A DNA stretch of 62,960 nucleotides, from assembly GCA_024226235.1 (NCBI GenBank), contig JAAELW010000228.1, positions 1-62,960 of the forward strand, in the 5' to 3' direction. The position numbers and the translations under genes were made by a program. The notes below the pieces were generated by a model. It worked only from the letters and a program-made list of their open reading frames with translations. It was not told the DNA's origin and made no database searches. Shown here one piece after another: positions 58,791 through 62,960 of this stretch (position 1 is the first letter of the stretch; every line of letters begins with the position of its first letter). The DNA comes from a bacterium. GTDB lineage: Bacteria > Myxococcota_A > UBA9160 > UBA6930.

Positions 58791-60599
58791 CTACGCGCTC
58801 CAGATCCGGCCTTCCAGGAAGATCGCCAGCAGATCGGAATCAATGCGTCCCCGGCTTGCCTCATCCTGTAACACGTCGAGAGCCTTCTCCAATGGCAGTG
58901 CCTTCTTGTACGGCCGGTCGGCAGCAGTCAGGGCATCGAAGATGTCGACGATCGTCAGCAGCCGGGTCGGAATGGGGATCGCATCGGCCTCGAGACGACG
59001 TGGATAGCCACTGCCATCGAGCTTCTCGTGGTGGCCCCAGGCGATTTCCTCGACACCACGCAGATCCCGCGTCCAGGGGATCTGGGCCAGGAAGCGGTGC
59101 GTGTAGCTCACATGGGATTGGATCTCGAGGCGCTCCTCTTCGGTGAGGCTGCCGCGGGCGACGCCGAGAAACGCCATGTCATCCTCGTCCAGCAGCCGTT
59201 GCTCGCCGTCGCCGGTTCCGAGGAAGCGATAGGCAGCGACTCGTCGAAGCTCCGCCGGTGCCTCTTCCGGAAGGATCCGCGGCTCGTTCGCGCTCCGAAT
59301 CGCTTGTTCGAAACGATCCAGACGAGAGCGTTCCCCTGCCACTTCTGTTTCGAGTCGCTTTTCGAAGAGATCGAACCCATCGTGGCCCGAAGAGAGCAGG
59401 TAGTTCGCGCGTTCGCGGTGGAAACGCGCATCCAGGGCCTCGCGCGCTCTCGCGATGCGGCCGAATACCCGGACTTCGCGAGGCCGGGGGAGTTTGCGGT
59501 CCTTTCCGAGAACCTGCTCCGAAACGAATACCTTTCCGAAATCGTGAAGAAGTGCCGCATAGCGGAGCTCACGAAGCGACTCCCGACCGAAGCTCACCGC
59601 CGCCAGGCGCCCGCGGCTACAGCGGTCTACTGCGCCTGCGAACGTACAGCTGAGCTCGGCCACTCGAACGGAGTGGCCTGAGGTCCCCGGATCGCGCTGA
59701 TCGAGCGCATCGACCGAGGCTCGAACGAAGCCGTCCAGAAGCCGCTCGATCTCGGCCTGGAGGCGTCCATTCTCGATCGAGACTGCGGCTTGCCCGCCCA
59801 ACGCCGCGGCCATTTGTCGATCGCGGCTTCCGTAGCGTCCGGCAGCCGGATTGATCAGTTGGAGCACGCCCACCAGATCGCCGCGGGGGCTCTTCATCGG
59901 AACGACCAGCACGGCACCCGTCCGGTAGCCCGTGGCTTCATCCATTCGAGGGTCGAAGCGATGGGGCGAGTCGGCCGGCAGGGCGTAGGCGTCGTCGATG
60001 CACAAGATCTCGCCGCTGGCGGCCGCGCGACCCGCGAAGCTCGAGGCATCGATCGTCAGGCGGAGGTCTGGTTGCTCCAGGCCCGGAATCGAGGCGTTCT
60101 GGGTGAGCCGGAAGTGGAGTTCACCGTCTTCCACCAGGTAGAGGCTCCCGGCATCGCTGGTCGTCACCCGCCGGGCCTCGGCGAGAATCCGCGTCAACAG
60201 ATGCTCGGGGTCCCGGTCCTGCATCAGTGCGGCGCCCACCGCAGAGAGCTCGGAGAGATCGCGATCCGCCTGCTCGCGCAGCTGCTCCAGACGCCGCATC
60301 TCCGCGAGGCCCGATGCGTGGAGTGCGGCGGCGCGCAGAGCATCCTGCCAGCCCAGATCGGGTGTAGCACCGGGAAGAGTCAGGAAACGCCTGCCTGCTT
60401 CCGACGCCTGTTCCTCAGCCTTTCCCGGGCAGGCCAGCACCACCCAGGCTGCGGGGAGGGCCCGAAGCCACTCGGCTCCACCGGCTAGAACCAGCTCGGC
60501 ATCGAGCACAAGGACGGCCGGCCCTTCGAGAAGGCTCTGCTGGCTCGGGAGTTGCCGGTACTGGCTCGGCAGCACCTGGGGGCGGGGGCCTTCGGGCAC
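58791..60599 (-). CDS. GAF + HD-GYP cyclic dinucleotide phosphodiesterase
   Basis: GAF (AGSLYL, TGYRT, GVLQLIN), TSGHS, LHDFGK, HHEKLDGSGYP and DIFDALT..RPYK; GTG after GGAGG. Confidence 0.88.
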   Translation of the reverse strand: MPEGPRPQVLPSQYRQLPSQQSLLEGPAVLVLDAELVLAGGAEWLRALPAAWVVLACPGKAEEQASEAGRRFLTLPGATPDLGWQDALRAAALHASGLAEMRRLEQLREQADRDLSELSAVGAALMQDRDPEHLLTRILAEARRVTTSDAGSLYLVEDGELHFRLTQNASIPGLEQPDLRLTIDASSFAGRAAASGEILCIDDAYALPADSPHRFDPRMDEATGYRTGAVLVVPMKSPRGDLVGVLQLINPAAGRYGSRDRQMAAALGGQAAVSIENGRLQAEIERLLDGFVRASVDALDQRDPGTSGHSVRVAELSCTFAGAVDRCSRGRLAAVSFGRESLRELRYAALLHDFGKVFVSEQVLGKDRKLPRPREVRVFGRIARAREALDARFHRERANYLLSSGHDGFDLFEKRLETEVAGERSRLDRFEQAIRSANEPRILPEEAPAELRRVAAYRFLGTGDGEQRLLDEDDMAFLGVARGSLTEEERLEIQSHVSYTHRFLAQIPWTRDLRGVEEIAWGHHEKLDGSGYPRRLEADAIPIPTRLLTIVDIFDALTAADRPYKKALPLEKALDVLQDEASRGRIDSDLLAIFLEGRIWSA

Positions 60600-60744
60600 G
60601 ATGGCCTCCAGGCCTGGAACGAGGGCCACAGACGCGAAGAGCTGCTGCTGGTCAAACTGCACGGGCCTGGCATCGGTCGAACCCTCGAGTCCCTGAAACA
60701 CCTGACAGGTCAAGCCAGCGAGGAGTTCGGACGATCGCGACAAG

Positions 60745-62142
60745 ATGACGCCCCGCAATATCCGGAAGCGACAAGCCGCCGTCCGGAAGCTCAAGGACAA
60801 TGCCAGCAAGGCCCTTCGCAAGGGCAAGCTGAAGGATGCCCGGGATGCCTACGAAGAACTCGAGAGGATTGATCCTGAGGAGGGTCAGTGGCCCCAGCGC
60901 CTGGCTGATGCGCTGCGCCGCCTGAACGACCAGGAGGGCTGTGTGCAGGCTTTGGACCGTGCGGCCGACCGCTGGGCCGATGGTGGCTTCCTGTTGAAAG
61001 CGATCGCCGCCTGCAAGATGGTGCTCGATCTGGAGCCGGAACACACGCGCATCCAGGCGCGACTGGCGGAGCTGTATGCGAGCCGGGGGCACAGGCCGAA
61101 GGGCGCTGACGCACCGGAGGCTCTGTCCACAGACCTCGAACCGGGTCGGCCGCTCGAGGAGATCGTACTCACGGAAGTCGTTCCGACCCGCGAGCCGCTC
61201 GAACTCGAACTCGAAACCGACAGCAGCGCGGTCGAAGTCCTGCTGACCCCCGACGAGCTGGGTCTTCCGCCCGAACTCGAACTCAATCCGGCCGTCGAAG
61301 CCCGTTCCGAGATTCGCCGGACCTTGCCCCGCGTTCCGCTCTTCTCGTCCTTGAACGCGGGAAGTCTGCGGCTCCTGATCGACGGCACTGAACGGACGGA
61401 GCTCCGTGAAGGCGAGACGCTCTTCGAAGAAGGTGACCTGGGGGATGCGCTCTACATCGTGGCCGAGGGCGCGGTGGTACCCATCGCACGCGGCGAAAAC
61501 GGACAGCCGAAGCGAATGGCAGTGCTCGAAGAGGGTGCCTTCTTCGGCGAAACTGCTCTGCTTGCAGACCAACCGCGCAACGCGAGCATCGAGGCACTCG
61601 TCGACACCCAGCTGCTGGCCATCGACCGCCGCATCCTGAATGAGCTGCTCGAGCGCGATCCAGAGGTGCTCTCCACGTTACTCGGTTTCTTTCGCGACCG
61701 GCTGATGGAGCGACTGGCTCTGACGAGCGCGTTCCTCGGGCCGCTCGACACAGAGGCTCGTCGGGAGCTGCTCGCGAGCTTCCGCTTCCTCGAGGTCGAA
61801 GAGGGCGGAAGGTTGATTGCCCAGGGTCGGCCGGCACCGGCCCTCTTCGTGATGCTGGCGGGTGAGATCGAGACCGTAAAGCAGCGGGAGGATGCGAGCG
61901 GGCCCACGACACTCGCGACCCTCCAGGCCGGCCACGTGTTCGGCGAGATGTCGATCCTCGAAGACGGGCCAGCAATTGCCTCCTGCATCGCTTCACGGAA
62001 GTGCTGGGTCCTCGCCCTGGCTCGCTGTCACGTCACCGAGCGGATGGCCCGACATCCGGAGCTGCGCGACGCCGCGATCGCACTGGCCAAGCAGCGGCGG
62101 GCGGAGAACCAGACGTTGGCGAGTCGGCTCGAACTCGTCTGA
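60745..62142 (+). CDS. TPR-like + two cyclic-nucleotide-binding domains
   Basis: N-terminal helical repeats (LKAIAACKMVLDLEP); FFGETALL..PRNAS and VFGEMSIL..PAIAS. Confidence 0.85.
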   Translation: MTPRNIRKRQAAVRKLKDNASKALRKGKLKDARDAYEELERIDPEEGQWPQRLADALRRLNDQEGCVQALDRAADRWADGGFLLKAIAACKMVLDLEPEHTRIQARLAELYASRGHRPKGADAPEALSTDLEPGRPLEEIVLTEVVPTREPLELELETDSSAVEVLLTPDELGLPPELELNPAVEARSEIRRTLPRVPLFSSLNAGSLRLLIDGTERTELREGETLFEEGDLGDALYIVAEGAVVPIARGENGQPKRMAVLEEGAFFGETALLADQPRNASIEALVDTQLLAIDRRILNELLERDPEVLSTLLGFFRDRLMERLALTSAFLGPLDTEARRELLASFRFLEVEEGGRLIAQGRPAPALFVMLAGEIETVKQREDASGPTTLATLQAGHVFGEMSILEDGPAIASCIASRKCWVLALARCHVTERMARHPELRDAAIALAKQRRAENQTLASRLELV

Positions 62143-62200
62143 GCGTCGTGCACCATCGGGTCCACCTCTGCGGTACCGTTGGCTCCGCAAAGGAGACCCC

Positions 62201-62960
62201 ATGGGCGAATTCAGCCAGGTCGAGACAGAAGGACACCTCACCCTCGTCACCATCAACCGACCGGAGCGGATGAACTCATTGCATCCGGAGGCGAACCGGG
62301 AGCTCGCGGACGCGTTCGACGATTTCGCCAACGATCCGGAGCAGTGGGTAGCGATCATCACCGGTGCCGGGGATCGTGCGTTCAGCGCCGGAAACGATCT
62401 CAAGCACCAGGCCAGCGGCGGCGAGATGAGTGGCCAGCCAAAGAGTGGATTCGCAGGCCTGACCTCGCGCCACGATCTCGCCAAGCCCGTGATCGCCGCG
62501 GTGAACGGCGTCGCGATGGGCGGCGGTTTCGAGATCTGCCTGGCCTGCGATCTGATCATCGCTGCCGAGAACGCGATCTTCGCGCTGCCCGAGCCCCGGG
62601 TCGGCCTGGCCGCACTGGCAGGCGGACTACATCGGCTCCCCCGGCAGATCCCGCTGAAGCAGGCGCTCGGGATGATCCTCACCGGACGTCGCGTACCCGC
62701 AGCTGAAGGGCAGCAGCTGGGCTTCGTCAACGAAGTCGTCCCTGAAGGCGAAGCCCTGGCTGGCGCCCGCCGCTGGGCCGAGATGATCCTCGAATGCGCT
62801 CCCATCTCCGTACGCGCCAGCAAACAAGCCGTTCTCCAGGGTCTCGAGCTCGCCGGACTCGAAGCCGCCGCTGCCGGCCACTACGACCAGATCCGCCAGA
62901 TGATCAAGAGCGAAGACTTCATCGAAGGCCCGAGAGCCTTCGCCGAAAAACGCCCCCCCG
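62201..62960 (+). CDS. Enoyl-CoA hydratase (CaiD-like), 3' truncated by window edge
   Basis: Missing from the ORF track because no stop falls in the window. AGGAG RBS; MGEFSQVET..TINRPERMN, AFSAGNDLK, AVNGVAMGGG and FALPEPRVG. Confidence 0.9.
   Translation, partial: MGEFSQVETEGHLTLVTINRPERMNSLHPEANRELADAFDDFANDPEQWVAIITGAGDRAFSAGNDLKHQASGGEMSGQPKSGFAGLTSRHDLAKPVIAAVNGVAMGGGFEICLACDLIIAAENAIFALPEPRVGLAALAGGLHRLPRQIPLKQALGMILTGRRVPAAEGQQLGFVNEVVPEGEALAGARRWAEMILECAPISVRASKQAVLQGLELAGLEAAAAGHYDQIRQMIKSEDFIEGPRAFAEKRPP

Overview
GC-rich, gene-dense bacterial window with about 58 CDS and no rRNA, tRNA, CRISPR array or transposase/integrase that I can recognise. A PEP-CTERM protein, an outer-membrane barrel, PilZ, GAF-HD-GYP and TPR-cNMP proteins point to a Gram-negative organism, plausibly Myxococcota/deltaproteobacteria-like (inference). 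Many genes are for lipid/acyl-CoA catabolism: 3 crotonases, 3 acyl-CoA ligases, an ACAD, an SDR and a fused acyl-CoA carboxylase. Main highlights: (1) A four-gene synthase-dependent exopolysaccharide operon (3669-8136). Its first gene has the RecA/KaiC-like + REC + degenerate GGDEF (intact RxxD I-site) layout of BcsE, but with an apparently phosphorylatable REC. It is followed by a TPR-beta-barrel, a PgaC-like GT2 and a 64-aa single-TM protein, and has a 3x20-bp repeat upstream. (2) A hidden selenoprotein (42363->41494, PrdB/GrdB-like, U-P-D-C, SECIS-like hairpin) that the ORF track splits in two. It sits without its usual reductase partners inside a MAPEG-crotonase-carboxylase operon. (3) A cupredoxin/beta-helix + two-domain multicopper oxidase pair near a hemerythrin-DUF2249-membrane protein cluster. 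(4) An mddA and sulfurtransferase neighbourhood. (5) Several operator-like or structured intergenic elements. All calls come from reading motifs by eye; no searches were run, and start codons were chosen from RBS, overlap and family expectations.
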